Both the position numbers and the translations under genes were made by a program. Source: Thiotrichaceae bacterium (GTDB taxonomy: Bacteria > Pseudomonadota > Gammaproteobacteria > Eutrophobiales > Eutrophobiaceae). Taken from it: a stretch of 64,000 bases of DNA. The DNA lies in the NCBI GenBank assembly GCA_012960105.1, contig DUBV01000005.1, positions 7,433 through 71,432 on the forward strand, in the 5' to 3' direction. Below the pieces are notes generated by a model. That model was not told the DNA's origin, made no database searches, and worked only from the letters and a program-made list of their open reading frames with translations. The stretch's first letter is position 1. Each line of letters opens with the position of its first letter. Shown here in pieces: positions 50,188-61,086 of the stretch.

Positions 50188-50939
50188 TGAGTATTGATAT
50201 GGTTATTGATCAAAACAAAATGCAGATTGATCAAGCGGACAAGACTCGTTCTTATGGTTCCAGCATATTTGGTGCACTGTTTGTTTTAGTGTTTATTTTA
50301 TTGTTGGTGTGGGGCGGAATGTTTTTATCTAATCCGGATACTTTGCCAATAAAGCAGGTTAGGGTTGAAGGTGACTTTACTCATCTGTCTCCAATTGATT
50401 TGCAGTTGCTAGTAACAGATAAAGTTCGAGGTGGTTTTTTTAATCTTGATGTAGATGCGGTACGGTTTGCTTTACTGAATGAACCTTGGGTAAGTGAAGT
50501 TACCGTAAAACGAATATGGCCAGATGCTTTGCGAGTAATTGTAATCGAACAAATACCTGTCGTTCGTTGGAATGATTCAGGTTTGTTGAATTCTTCAGGG
50601 GAATATTTTTCTCCAGAATTATCAACGATACCACAGGAATTGCCTTTGTTGTCTGGTCCAATTGGTGCAGAAGTAAACGTGTTGAATAGATTTAATGCCA
50701 TGCAAGACAGGCTTAAATTAATTGGATTTAAAATGGAATCGATTACTTTGAATGAAAGGCGTGCATGGACATTTCAACTTAGCAACGGAATCAAGGTTGT
50801 TTTAGGAAGGCGTGATTTTGAAGAGCGTCTGAATCGTTTTTTGACATTAATACCTACAACTATATCAGGTCGAATTGAGCAAACTGAATCAGTAGATATG
50901 CGTTACACAAATGGTTTTTCCATACGATGGGAAAAATAA
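50187..50939 (+). CDS. ftsQ: cell division protein FtsQ
   Basis: 250 aa bitopic protein with a TM helix, then a POTRA region (IKQVRVEG) and a beta domain. Positioned between ddl and ftsA. Confidence 0.85.
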   Translation: MSIDMVIDQNKMQIDQADKTRSYGSSIFGALFVLVFILLLVWGGMFLSNPDTLPIKQVRVEGDFTHLSPIDLQLLVTDKVRGGFFNLDVDAVRFALLNEPWVSEVTVKRIWPDALRVIVIEQIPVVRWNDSGLLNSSGEYFSPELSTIPQELPLLSGPIGAEVNVLNRFNAMQDRLKLIGFKMESITLNERRAWTFQLSNGIKVVLGRRDFEERLNRFLTLIPTTISGRIEQTESVDMRYTNGFSIRWEK

Positions 50940-50978
50940 ATTTAAACATCCTGCACGTTGAGAACAGGCGGATAAAAT

Positions 50979-52214
50979 ATGGTTAAGAAAACGGATAAAA
51001 ATCTTATTGTCGGGTTGGACATCGGCACCTCTAAAGTTGTTGCTATAGTTGGTGAGATTTCGGCAGATGATGAGATAGAAATTATTGGCATAGGCTCAAA
51101 CCAATCACGAGGTTTAAAGAAAGGTGTCGTTGTTAATATTGAATCAACAGTTCATTCAATACAGCGAGCAATCGAAGAAGCTGAATTAATGGCGGGTTGC
51201 GAAATTCATTCTGTATACACAGGAATTGCTGGAAGTCATATACGTAGTTTGAATTCACATGGCATTGTTGCAATACGCGATAGCGAAGTTTCGTATAGTG
51301 ATGTCGACCGGGTTATTGATGCGGCCAAAGCTGTGGCAATCCCTGCAGATCAAAAAATATTGCATATATTGCCACAAGAATTTGTTATCGATAATCAGGA
51401 AGGTGTTAAAGAACCGATAGGTATGTCAGGCGTTAGACTTGAATCAAAAGTTCATATCGTGACGGGCGCTGTTAGTGCAGCACAAAATATTGTGAAGTGT
51501 GTACGTCGTTGTGGTTTGGAAGTAGACGATATTATTCTTGAACAATTGGCTTCAAGTTATTCTGTATTGACCGAAGATGAAAAAGATCTTGGTGTATGCA
51601 TGATAGATATTGGTGGAGGCACAACTGATATCGCTGTCTTTACTGATGGAGCAATTCACCATACAGCGGTTATACCTATTGCCGGCGATCAAGTAACTAA
51701 TGACATTGCCGTAGCATTGCGAACACCTACGCAACATGCCGAAGATATTAAAGTTCAATACGCTTGTGCACTTACGCAGCTTGCAAATCATGATGACAGC
51801 ATTGAAGTCCCTGGTGTTGGTGATCGACCTTCAAGGCGTCTTGCTAGACAAACGCTAGCTGAAGTTGTGCAACCAAGATATGAAGAGTTATTCAGTCTGG
51901 TGCAAGCAGAGTTAAGAAGGAGTGGTTATGAAAGTTTGATTGCAGCCGGCATTGTACTAACTGGCGGCAGTTCAAAAATGGAAGGTGTTATTGAGCTGGC
52001 AGAAGAAATATTTCACATGCCGGTTCGATTGGGTATTCCACAATATATATCAGGTTTATCGGATGTAGTTAAAAGCCCTATATATGCAACGGGTGTAGGT
52101 TTGTTAATTTTTGGGAAAAGGCAAAGTCAGGAAGGAATGACACAAATTAATATTAATGATGGTGTTAAAGGTGTTTTAGAAAGAATGAAGAGTTGGTTTC
52201 AAGGAAATTTTTAA
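50979..52214 (+). CDS. ftsA: cell division protein FtsA
   Basis: 411 aa, actin-like. Contains VGLDIGTSKV and IDIGGGTTDIAVF, with a C-terminal amphipathic tail. Confidence 0.96.
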   Translation: MVKKTDKNLIVGLDIGTSKVVAIVGEISADDEIEIIGIGSNQSRGLKKGVVVNIESTVHSIQRAIEEAELMAGCEIHSVYTGIAGSHIRSLNSHGIVAIRDSEVSYSDVDRVIDAAKAVAIPADQKILHILPQEFVIDNQEGVKEPIGMSGVRLESKVHIVTGAVSAAQNIVKCVRRCGLEVDDIILEQLASSYSVLTEDEKDLGVCMIDIGGGTTDIAVFTDGAIHHTAVIPIAGDQVTNDIAVALRTPTQHAEDIKVQYACALTQLANHDDSIEVPGVGDRPSRRLARQTLAEVVQPRYEELFSLVQAELRRSGYESLIAAGIVLTGGSSKMEGVIELAEEIFHMPVRLGIPQYISGLSDVVKSPIYATGVGLLIFGKRQSQEGMTQININDGVKGVLERMKSWFQGNF

Positions 52215-52248
52215 ATTATAAATTACAATTATTTTAGGAGGTTACAAC

Positions 52249-53388
52249 ATGTTTGAATTAGTCGATGCAACTAATCAGGCGGCTGTTATAAAAGTAATAG
52301 GTGTCGGTGGTGGTGGAGGCAATGCTGTACAGCATATGCTTGGTGCCAATATAGAAGGTGTTGAATTTATATGTGCAAATACAGATTCACAAGCACTCAA
52401 AAATTCAGGTGCAAAAACTGTTTTGCAATTGGGAAGTAATATGACCAAAGGTCTGGGTGCAGGTGCTGATCCGGAAGTTGGACGGCAAGCTGCTTTAGAA
52501 GATCGAGATCGTTTAATGGACGTACTTGAAGGATCGGATATGGTCTTTATTACCGCAGGTATGGGCGGTGGTACAGGAACAGGTGCCGCACCAATTGTTG
52601 CTCAGGTTGCAAGAGAAATGGGAATTTTAACGGTAGCTGTCGTAACGCGACCTTTCGCTTTCGAAGGCAAAAAACGTGGGACCGTAGCAGAAGAAGGAAT
52701 TATTGAATTAAGCCAATTCGTTGATTCATTGATTACTATACCTAACGAAAAGTTGTTAAGTGTACTTGGTCGAGATGTGAGTTTGTTAAATGCATTTAGT
52801 GCGGCAAATGATGTATTACTCGGCGCAGTTCAAGGTATTGCTGAGCTCATTACTTGCCCTGGTTTGATAAATGTGGATTTCGCCGATGTTAGAACGGTAA
52901 TGTCCGAGATGGGTATGGCGATGATGGGCTCAGGAAAAGCACAAGGTGAAGACCGTGCAAAAATTGCAGCCGAAGTGGCGATATCAAGTCCTTTATTAGA
53001 AGACGTCAATCTTTCTGGAGCTAAAGGAATCCTGGTTAATATTACTGCGGGTATGGATTTATCAATTGGTGAATTTGATGAAGTTGGTACTACCATCAAA
53101 CAATTTGCTTCTGAAAATGCAACTGTCGTTGTAGGTACAGTAATTGATCCTGAAATGTCTGGTGATATCCGAGTTACAATAGTTGCAACCGGACTTGGAA
53201 ATCTTGCCAAAGAAGATGCATCTCGTGTCAAATTGATACAAAATGCGGACATTAGTCTCGATTATAAAGATCTTGATCGACCTACGGTCATGCGAAATCA
53301 AATACCTGAGACGGAAGAAGAAATAAAAACAACGAGCGATGCAGATTATCTTGATATACCAGCATTTTTGCGTAGACAAGCTGACTAG
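52249..53388 (+). CDS. ftsZ: cell division protein FtsZ
   Basis: 379 aa. Tubulin signature [10 protein letters not shown] and the C-terminal peptide [14 protein letters not shown]. Confidence 0.98.
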   Translation: MFELVDATNQAAVIKVIGVGGGGGNAVQHMLGANIEGVEFICANTDSQALKNSGAKTVLQLGSNMTKGLGAGADPEVGRQAALEDRDRLMDVLEGSDMVFITAGMGGGTGTGAAPIVAQVAREMGILTVAVVTRPFAFEGKKRGTVAEEGIIELSQFVDSLITIPNEKLLSVLGRDVSLLNAFSAANDVLLGAVQGIAELITCPGLINVDFADVRTVMSEMGMAMMGSGKAQGEDRAKIAAEVAISSPLLEDVNLSGAKGILVNITAGMDLSIGEFDEVGTTIKQFASENATVVVGTVIDPEMSGDIRVTIVATGLGNLAKEDASRVKLIQNADISLDYKDLDRPTVMRNQIPETEEEIKTTSDADYLDIPAFLRRQAD

Positions 53389-53525
53389 ATCTGAGCAGAA
53401 CGTGCTATAGTCGGATTTTGTATAGGGGAATTACAGCGCAAGATGTTTTTACTAGCATTGTAATTGTCTATAATACAAAGAAATAAGAATAAAAGCTCCT
53501 TACTGAAAGTAGATTTGATTAGTGA

Positions 53526-54437
53526 ATGATTAGGCAACGTACATTAAAAAACGTAATCCGGGCAACTGGAGTGGGTTTACACACGGGGAAGAAAGTCTTT
53601 TTAACTTTGAGACCTGCTGCGGTGAATTCGGGAATTATCTTTCGTCGTGTTGATCTAGAACCGGCTGTTGATATTCCTGCTAATCCTGAATATGTTGGAG
53701 ATACAAGTCTTTCGACGACATTAATGAAAGATAACGTCCGTATCTCGACGGTTGAACATTTGCTTTCTGCCTTAGCTGGTTTTGGAATAGATAATGCCTA
53801 TATTGATCTGAGCGCTGATGAAGTTCCTATCATGGATGGTAGTGCTGGACCATATGTCTTCTTAATACAGTCGGCGGGCATTGAAGAGCAGTCCGCACCA
53901 AAGAAATTCCTACGAATAAAAGATAAAGTTCGTGTTGAAGAAGATGGAAAATGGGCGATGTTTGAGCCTTTTGATGGTTTCAAAGTCGGTTTTACCATTG
54001 AATTCGACCATCCAGCATTTAATGATAACAACTGCCATGCGGAAATTGATTTTTCTACTACTTCTTTTGTAAAAGAAGTAAGCCGAGCTCGTACTTTTGG
54101 ATTTATGCGCGATGTTGAATTATTGCGCGAAAAGAATCTGATACTAGGTGGAAGTCTGGATAATGCTGTTGTTGTTGATGATTATAGAGTGCTTAATGAA
54201 GACGGTCTTCGTTATGAAGATGAGTGTGTGAAACACAAAATTCTTGATGCAATCGGTGATTTATATTTACTCGGGCATAGTCTAATTGGTGCATTTGAAG
54301 GATATAAATCAGGGCACGCGTTAAATAACGCCTTATTGCGTGAATTAATTGCGAATGAAAATTTATGGGAATTGGTTAGTTTTGAAGATGGAAACGAAGC
54401 GCCAATTTCGTTTATGCAGGTAATTCCTGCAGATTAA
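53526..54437 (+). CDS. lpxC: UDP-3-O-acyl-N-acetylglucosamine deacetylase
   Basis: 303 aa. Contains [24 protein letters not shown] and [10 protein letters not shown]. Confidence 0.96.
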   Translation: MIRQRTLKNVIRATGVGLHTGKKVFLTLRPAAVNSGIIFRRVDLEPAVDIPANPEYVGDTSLSTTLMKDNVRISTVEHLLSALAGFGIDNAYIDLSADEVPIMDGSAGPYVFLIQSAGIEEQSAPKKFLRIKDKVRVEEDGKWAMFEPFDGFKVGFTIEFDHPAFNDNNCHAEIDFSTTSFVKEVSRARTFGFMRDVELLREKNLILGGSLDNAVVVDDYRVLNEDGLRYEDECVKHKILDAIGDLYLLGHSLIGAFEGYKSGHALNNALLRELIANENLWELVSFEDGNEAPISFMQVIPAD

Positions 54438-54899
54438 TTATTTAGGATGGTGTTTCGATAATTTTAAAAGACACGAACGTAACTCAGGGTCACTAAAATT
54501 ATTGGCAACATCAACAAGAGCCTGAACTGAACTTTTAGATAAAGGTGTCGGTTTTTTGGATAAAGTAATGTTTTCATGAACGACTTTTTTTACTTTAATC
54601 CTCACTGTATTAACAGAAGAAAAATTTAACTGCTTGTTTAAAGTGCTAAGGATAGCTGGAATATTATAACGTAGGCGCGTAGCCCAAGCAGGAGAGTTAA
54701 CTAGTATAGTAGCAACATCTGTTTTTATATTAGCTAGTTCGAAATGGTCACTGAGAGAAGGATCTAGGTGTTTTTTTAATTTTTGATCTATCTTTTTATT
54801 TGAAATGGCTTTTTTACAAAGTTCAGCTAAAGGATAGCGTTTATCTTGTAATAAATCGCTGATAGCACGAGTTAGATGTTTTTCATCAGCATTGTTCAT
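54438..54899 (-). CDS. DUF721 (DciA-family) protein
   Basis: 153 aa. The central block ATILVNSPAWATRLRYNIPAILSTLNK matches the DUF721/DciA core (s-awa-eLr------l---l). Located between lpxC and secA. Confidence 0.6.
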   Translation of the reverse strand: MNNADEKHLTRAISDLLQDKRYPLAELCKKAISNKKIDQKLKKHLDPSLSDHFELANIKTDVATILVNSPAWATRLRYNIPAILSTLNKQLNFSSVNTVRIKVKKVVHENITLSKKPTPLSKSSVQALVDVANNFSDPELRSCLLKLSKHHPK

Positions 54900-54939
54900 A
54901 AAATGAGTATACAGGCTTAAAATTGGTACAACATTAATT

Positions 54940-55872
54940 ATGCAATTATTATTTATTTCAAAATCTAAAAAGTACAGCCAGTCCTTTAGTTTTGGTCCTG
55001 TCGCTCTTTGTGTGTGCCTGGTTATTAGTATTGCTGCTGGTTTTCTGGTTTTTCACTCAGGAAGTCTTTATGCATTGAATTTAACACGCAATTCATTTGA
55101 AAAATTATACAGTCAAACAGCTCCTATCTGGAGTCAGGAAATAGAAGTTCAACAGGAAATGCTAGATCAGGCGCAAGAAAATGCTGAAAAAAACCTTGAT
55201 GCATTGGCGGCAAGATTAAGTAAATTACAGTCTCATGTTATGCGTCTGGATGCACTTGGTAGTCGCTTGGCTGATATGGCAGATCTTGGTGAAATAGAAT
55301 TTGATATTAGCTCAAGTCCTGGATTAGGTGGTCCAAAACCAATTGAAACGGCCGGTTCAATGGAAGTCAGTGATTTTCTTATTGCTCTGGAACAGTTGAA
55401 TGCAAAAATACAGGATCGTGCAGAAAAATTAGGCGCAATGGAATCAATGTTGATTGATATCACCTTACAAAACCAGACTCTCCCTGCAGGTAGTCCGACT
55501 TTGGATGGTTGGATTTCCTCTTTGTTTGGGATGCGTACAGATCCTATAACAGGAAAAATGGAATTTCATGGAGGTATTGATTATGCCGGAAAGACAGGCT
55601 CTTCTATACTTTCTGTTGCTTCTGGAATTGTCACATGGTCAGGTGTTAGATATGGATATGGCAACATGGTCGAAATAAATCATGGAAATGGTTATCAAAC
55701 ACGCTACGCACATAATAAGAAAAATCTTGTTGTCGTCGGACAAAAAGTTGAGCAAGGACAGATTGTTGCTCTGATGGGATCATCAGGACGAGCGACAGGA
55801 CCTCATGTTCATTTTGAAGTAGTGAACAATGGCAAAGCAGTTAATCCGAAAAAATATATTTCATTGAAATAA
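54940..55872 (+). CDS. M23-family metalloendopeptidase (membrane anchor + coiled coil)
   Basis: 310 aa with a TM helix and a coiled-coil region. The LytM domain has intact HxxxD (HGGID) and HxH (HVHFEV). Confidence 0.85.
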   Translation: MQLLFISKSKKYSQSFSFGPVALCVCLVISIAAGFLVFHSGSLYALNLTRNSFEKLYSQTAPIWSQEIEVQQEMLDQAQENAEKNLDALAARLSKLQSHVMRLDALGSRLADMADLGEIEFDISSSPGLGGPKPIETAGSMEVSDFLIALEQLNAKIQDRAEKLGAMESMLIDITLQNQTLPAGSPTLDGWISSLFGMRTDPITGKMEFHGGIDYAGKTGSSILSVASGIVTWSGVRYGYGNMVEINHGNGYQTRYAHNKKNLVVVGQKVEQGQIVALMGSSGRATGPHVHFEVVNNGKAVNPKKYISLK

Positions 55873-55886
55873 CTCCTCCAATTTTC

Positions 55887-55941
55887 TTGTCAACAAAATT
55901 CATTCTGCGTAATACTTACGTTACGCAACATATTACGTAAT
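55887..55941 (+). promoter_or_regulatory. putative secA promoter with overlapping palindromes
   Basis: TTGTCA (55887-55892), a 17-nt spacer, then TAATAC (55910-55915). There is a 7-bp stem TGCGTAA/TTACGCA (55906-55927) and a perfect 10-bp palindrome ATTACGTAAT (55932-55941). Confidence 0.3.
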
Positions 55942-55962
55942 AAAAAATAATGATGGACTAGT

Positions 55963-58659
55963 ATGATTATAGATTTAGTGAAAAAAATATTTGGCACTCG
56001 AAATGATCGCGTAGTCAAAAAATTAAATAAGATAGTAGAGAAGATAAACCCACTTGAAGATGAATTTAAATCATTAAGTGATGATGACTTTCCTGAAAAG
56101 ACCAATCAATTAAAAGAAAGACTTAAGCAAGGTGAAAGTCTGGATGACATATTACCTGAAGCATTTGCATTAGTTCGAGAAGCGGGTCAACGTGCTTTAA
56201 GCATGCGTCATTTTGATGTGCAATTGATAGGTGGCATGGTGTTACATAATGGCAGCATTGCTGAAATGCGAACAGGCGAAGGTAAGACTTTAGTTGCAAC
56301 ATTAGCCGCTTATTTAAATGGATTATCGGGTCTGGGTGTTCATGTTATTACGGTTAATGATTATTTAGCTAAACGTGATTCTGAATGGATGGGTCAGATA
56401 TACAGTTTCTTGGGATTAACGACAGGCGTAATTGTTACCGGCTTATCAACGGAAGAACGTAAGCTCGCATATCAATGTGATATTACTTATGGAACGAATA
56501 ACGAATTCGGTTTTGATTACTTACGTGACAACATGGCGTTTAGCAAAGAAGGCCGTGTCCAACGAGGTTTAAATTTCGCTATTGTTGATGAAGTAGATTC
56601 TATTCTTATTGATGAAGCCAGAACACCATTGGTTATTTCTGGGATGGTGGATGACAAGTCTGAATTATATCTAACAATAAACGCGTTAATTCCAAAGTTA
56701 GTTGTACAAAAAGTTGAAGATGGGCCGGGTGATTTTACACTCGATGAAAAATCGAAGCAGGCTTATTTTACAGAAGATGGGCATGATCATATAGAACGAC
56801 TACTAATAGAGCATAATGTTCTCAAAGAAGATCAAACATTATACGATCCAGCAAATATTATTATTCTGCATCATCTGAATGCTGCATTAAGAGCACACCA
56901 TCTATTTAAACTTGATGTCGATTATATTGTTAAGGATAACGAAATTGTTATTGTTGATGAATTTACTGGGCGTACTATGCAAGGTCGTCGCTGGTCAGAA
57001 GGCTTGCATCAAGCGATAGAAGCAAAGGAAAATGTTGCGATACAAAATGAAAACCAGACTCTTGCATCAATAACCTATCAAAATTATTTCCGCTTATATT
57101 CAAAGTTGTCTGGTATGACCGGTACTGCTGATACTGAAGCGTTTGAATTTCAGTCTATCTATAATCTCGAAGTAGTTATTATACCGACTAATATGTCGAT
57201 GATTCGAGATGATCAAAGTGATGTAATATTTCTGACAGCGAAAGAAAAATATACTGCGATGATTGAAGATATAAAAGAATGTCAGTCAAATGGTCAGCCT
57301 GTGTTAGTAGGTACAGCATCTATTGAGGTGTCTGAGTATTTATCAGATTTACTGAAGAAAGAAAAAATAAAGCATCAGGTATTAAATGCAAAATTTCATG
57401 AAAAAGAAGCTGAGATTATTGCACAAGCAGGAGAAACCGGTGCTATAACCATTGCAACAAATATGGCAGGTCGTGGTACCGATATAGTATTGGGTGGTAA
57501 TTATGAAGCGGAAATTAGCTCTTTAAAAGAAGCAGACAATAAACAAATAAATAAAATTAAAGAAGATTGGGCTAAACGTCACCAACAAGTTTTAGATAAA
57601 GGTGGCTTACATATTGTTGGTACTGAACGACATGAATCACGACGGATAGATAATCAACTCCGAGGTCGTTCGGGGCGACAAGGTGATCCTGGTTCCAGCC
57701 GTTTCTATCTTTCATTGGAAGATAATTTGATGCGAATTTTTGCGTCAGATCGTATTTCTGCAATCATGCAAAAATTAGGTATGGATGAAGGTGAGGCGAT
57801 AGAATCCAAGTTAGTTAGTCGTGCAATAGAAAATGCGCAACGTAAAGTTGAGGCGCATAACTTTGATATTCGTAAACATCTACTTGATTTTGATGATGTT
57901 GCAAACGACCAAAGAAAAGTTGTATACGAGCAAAGAAATGACTTGCTTGATGGGGGGACCGTTGAAGAAGAAATAAATAACATGCGTTTTGATGTCATTG
58001 ATGATGTTATCGATGCGTACATTCCTCGCGGCAGTATGGATGAAATGTGGGATGTAAATAGTTTAAAAGAAGCGTTGCTGCATGAGTTTGATATGTCTCT
58101 AGATATAGATGGCTGGTTGGCAGAAGATAAATCCTTACATGAAGAAACTCTACGCGAAAAAATTCATGCAGCTATAGATAAACTTGTCAAAGTTAAAGAA
58201 GGTGTGATTACTTCTGAATTAATGAGGCGTATTGAAAAGCAAATAATGCTTGATGTACTGGACAGACATTGGAAAGAGCATCTTATTAATATGGACCATC
58301 TTAGACAAGGAATACATCTGAGAGGTTTTGCAGCAAAAAATCCTAAGCAGGAATATAAACGTGAGGCTTTTGATTTGTTTGTGCAAATGCTTGGGCACAT
58401 GAAACACGATGTTATTGTTTTTCTTTCTCGAGTGAACATAAGATCTGAAGAAGATATAGCCGCAGCAGAAAATAAAGAGCATAAGCAGAATATGAATTTT
58501 AATCATGCCGCTGCACCGAATAGTCTAAATCCAGAAGCACCTGAACAAGCGCCTGCTGAGAAACCATTTACACGTAATAAACCTAAAATAGGCCGCAATG
58601 AACCATGCCCATGTGGTTCGGGTAAGAAGTATAAGCAATGTCACGGAAGATTAACTTGA
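55963..58659 (+). CDS. secA: preprotein translocase ATPase SecA
   Basis: 898 aa. Contains [35 protein letters not shown] and the C-terminal zinc finger [14 protein letters not shown]. Confidence 0.98.
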   Translation: MIIDLVKKIFGTRNDRVVKKLNKIVEKINPLEDEFKSLSDDDFPEKTNQLKERLKQGESLDDILPEAFALVREAGQRALSMRHFDVQLIGGMVLHNGSIAEMRTGEGKTLVATLAAYLNGLSGLGVHVITVNDYLAKRDSEWMGQIYSFLGLTTGVIVTGLSTEERKLAYQCDITYGTNNEFGFDYLRDNMAFSKEGRVQRGLNFAIVDEVDSILIDEARTPLVISGMVDDKSELYLTINALIPKLVVQKVEDGPGDFTLDEKSKQAYFTEDGHDHIERLLIEHNVLKEDQTLYDPANIIILHHLNAALRAHHLFKLDVDYIVKDNEIVIVDEFTGRTMQGRRWSEGLHQAIEAKENVAIQNENQTLASITYQNYFRLYSKLSGMTGTADTEAFEFQSIYNLEVVIIPTNMSMIRDDQSDVIFLTAKEKYTAMIEDIKECQSNGQPVLVGTASIEVSEYLSDLLKKEKIKHQVLNAKFHEKEAEIIAQAGETGAITIATNMAGRGTDIVLGGNYEAEISSLKEADNKQINKIKEDWAKRHQQVLDKGGLHIVGTERHESRRIDNQLRGRSGRQGDPGSSRFYLSLEDNLMRIFASDRISAIMQKLGMDEGEAIESKLVSRAIENAQRKVEAHNFDIRKHLLDFDDVANDQRKVVYEQRNDLLDGGTVEEEINNMRFDVIDDVIDAYIPRGSMDEMWDVNSLKEALLHEFDMSLDIDGWLAEDKSLHEETLREKIHAAIDKLVKVKEGVITSELMRRIEKQIMLDVLDRHWKEHLINMDHLRQGIHLRGFAAKNPKQEYKREAFDLFVQMLGHMKHDVIVFLSRVNIRSEEDIAAAENKEHKQNMNFNHAAAPNSLNPEAPEQAPAEKPFTRNKPKIGRNEPCPCGSGKKYKQCHGRLT

Positions 58660-58692
58660 TTGTGCTGTTGCTATTCAAATAAGGGCTGAGAA

Positions 58693-59913
58693 ATGTCAGT
58701 TGGTTTAGAAATTCCCGCTAATCTACTGTCTATAAAAGGTATTCGTCTCGCAGTCACTTCTGCAAATATATATGTAGAAAAACGTAACGATTTAACATTA
58801 ATAGAAATTTCTGAAAGCAGTGCTGTTTCTGCGGTATTCACAAATAATCTGTTTTGTGCTGCACCTGTAAAATTAGCAAAGAAAAATTTAGAAAAATCGG
58901 AGCCACGTTACCTGCTAATCAATGCCGGTAATGCAAATGCGGGTACAGGTAAGCAAGGAATAATAAATGCGAGTAATATTTGCGAAAGATTATCTGAATT
59001 AACCTCTTGTCAGGAAACTGAAGTGCTTCCTTTTTCGACAGGCGTGATTGGAGAACATTTACCTGTAGAAAAAATTAACGAAGCATTACCGATTATCATT
59101 GAAAACTTATCTAATGATAATTGGCTAGAAGCTGCAAAAGCTATAATGACAACAGATACAATTCCTAAAGCAGTATCAAGCCAATTAAGTATAGATGGGC
59201 TCACTGTTAGTATCACGGGTGTTGCAAAAGGTGCAGGCATGATAAGACCTGATATGGCAACGATGCTGTCATTTGTTGCTACAGACGCAAATATCAGTAA
59301 AAGTCTTCTCGATAAAATATTATCAAGTGCCGTAAATCAAAGTTTTAATAGAATTACCATTGATGGCGACACATCCACAAATGATGCCTGCGTAATTATA
59401 TCTACGGGCAGAGCTAATAATTCCTTAATTGATAGTAGTGATAATGTAAATTATCTAGCACTGGAAAATGCAGTTTTAAAAGTCTGTCGTGAATTGGCAC
59501 AAGCCATAGTGAGAGATGGAGAAGGTGCAACTAAATTCATAACGATAGATGTTAGTGGTGGTAAAGATTCAGAAGAATGCCTTAAAGTAGCTTATAAGAT
59601 TGCTGAATCTCCGTTAGTAAAAACAGCATTTACAGCCTCTGATGCAAATTGGGGGAGAATTCTGGCTGCAGTAGGAAATTCAGGTATTTCCGATCTAGAT
59701 GTCGATAAAGTCGACATACATCTTGATGATGTATGCATTGTAAAAAATGGTGGGCGATGTGAGTCATATACGGAAGCGGATGGAAAAAAAATAATGAGTC
59801 AGGATGAAATTAGATTGTCAGTTAAACTCGATAGAGGCCTCAGCATGGAAGAAATATGGACAACAGACTTGTCGCATGAATACATCACTATAAATGCAGA
59901 ATATCGCACCTGA
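58693..59913 (+). CDS. argJ: bifunctional ornithine acetyltransferase / N-acetylglutamate synthase
   Basis: 406 aa. Contains KGAGMIRPDMATMLSF, which includes the autoproteolytic T site, and ends with INAEYRT. Confidence 0.93.
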   Translation: MSVGLEIPANLLSIKGIRLAVTSANIYVEKRNDLTLIEISESSAVSAVFTNNLFCAAPVKLAKKNLEKSEPRYLLINAGNANAGTGKQGIINASNICERLSELTSCQETEVLPFSTGVIGEHLPVEKINEALPIIIENLSNDNWLEAAKAIMTTDTIPKAVSSQLSIDGLTVSITGVAKGAGMIRPDMATMLSFVATDANISKSLLDKILSSAVNQSFNRITIDGDTSTNDACVIISTGRANNSLIDSSDNVNYLALENAVLKVCRELAQAIVRDGEGATKFITIDVSGGKDSEECLKVAYKIAESPLVKTAFTASDANWGRILAAVGNSGISDLDVDKVDIHLDDVCIVKNGGRCESYTEADGKKIMSQDEIRLSVKLDRGLSMEEIWTTDLSHEYITINAEYRT

Positions 59914-60888
59914 GTGGACATAAGAATTCATGTCGCTGTTGGAATTATTTTTAATCCAGATAAAGATAAAGTTTTAATAACTAAAAGAACTGTCAAACAA
60001 CATTTAGCAGGATATTGGGAGTTTCCTGGCGGCAAAGTAGAAAAAAACGAAGATGTAGTTTCTGCATTAAGTCGAGAGTTATATGAAGAGCTAGGCATCT
60101 TTGTAAATAGCGCAAAGAAATTTACAACAATTTCATATGACTACCCCGATAAAAAAGTTTTACTGGATGTATGGAAAATTGAAGATTGGCATGGAGAGCC
60201 GTCTAGTCGTGAAAATCAAGAACTAAATTGGATAAAAATAGATAACCTAAAATTCTATGCTTTTCCTGAAGCAAATAAACACATAATTCAATCACTATCT
60301 TTATCCCGAATATATGCAATAAGTCCGGAGTCAGAAAAAGACTACAGTCATTTACTCTCTGTTGCTGAAGAGTGTTTTGTATCCGGTATAAAGCTATTTC
60401 AATTAAGGTTTAAATCAAGAACTAATAATAACTATGCAGACCTAGTTAAAAAATTAGGTGACTTAGCAAAAAAGAATAATGCAAAGTTAATTCTCAACGG
60501 TACGCATTTAGATGTTAAAAGATATAACATTGATGGAATTCATCTAAAGTCTAAAGAACTAATGAATTATGAGAATAGACCAATAAGCGGAGATTATATT
60601 CTAGGTGCCTCATGCCACAACGAAAAGGAACTAATCAGAGCAGAAAAATTAAATGCTAACTATGTCTTTATTTCGCCAGTACTTGCAACAACAAGTCATC
60701 CTGAAAAAAATGCAATAGGGTGGGATAGGTTTTTTGAGTTAAGTGAAAAAGTTGAGTTACCAGTTTATGCGCTTGGAGGAATGACACCAGCGGATTTAAA
60801 TGTGGCTAAAAAATATAACGCATATGGGGTAGCTATGATCGGAGCAATTTGGAATTCAAACCGCGCAATAAGCGAAATGCTTTTATAA
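59914..60888 (+). CDS. mutT: Nudix (MutT-like) hydrolase fused to a ThiE/TenI-like domain
   Basis: 324 aa, GTG start. The N-terminal Nudix box is GGKVEKNEDVVSALSRELYEELGI. The C-terminal ~190 aa form a TMP-synthase-like TIM barrel (ISPV--T-SHP, ALGG). Confidence 0.8.
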   Translation: MDIRIHVAVGIIFNPDKDKVLITKRTVKQHLAGYWEFPGGKVEKNEDVVSALSRELYEELGIFVNSAKKFTTISYDYPDKKVLLDVWKIEDWHGEPSSRENQELNWIKIDNLKFYAFPEANKHIIQSLSLSRIYAISPESEKDYSHLLSVAEECFVSGIKLFQLRFKSRTNNNYADLVKKLGDLAKKNNAKLILNGTHLDVKRYNIDGIHLKSKELMNYENRPISGDYILGASCHNEKELIRAEKLNANYVFISPVLATTSHPEKNAIGWDRFFELSEKVELPVYALGGMTPADLNVAKKYNAYGVAMIGAIWNSNRAISEMLL

Positions 60889-60894
60889 GAATAA

Positions 60895-61086
60895 TTAATG
60901 CTTATTTAAAAAATCAGGGTCAATATTATCAGTATTTACTGTGGTATCAGATATTGAGTATGTATCGTTCATCCATTGCCCTAGATCTATGAGCCTACAA
61001 CGTTCAGAACAAAAAGGGCGGTATGAGTTAGCAGGACCAAGTTGAGTTTCTTTATTGCAAGTTGGGCAAATAGCATTCATGTTCAT
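60895..61086 (-). CDS. yacG: DNA gyrase inhibitor YacG (zinc finger)
   Basis: CPTC-12-PFCSERCRLIDLGQW. Start placed at the ATG at 61086, which forms an ATGA overlap with the zapD stop. Confidence 0.85.
   Translation of the reverse strand: MNMNAICPTCNKETQLGPANSYRPFCSERCRLIDLGQWMNDTYSISDTTVNTDNIDPDFLNKH

Noticed and set aside
52830-53379. 140-aa and 105-aa minus-strand ORFs.
   Set aside because: They are antisense to ftsZ. No independent signals support them, and ftsZ is unambiguous.
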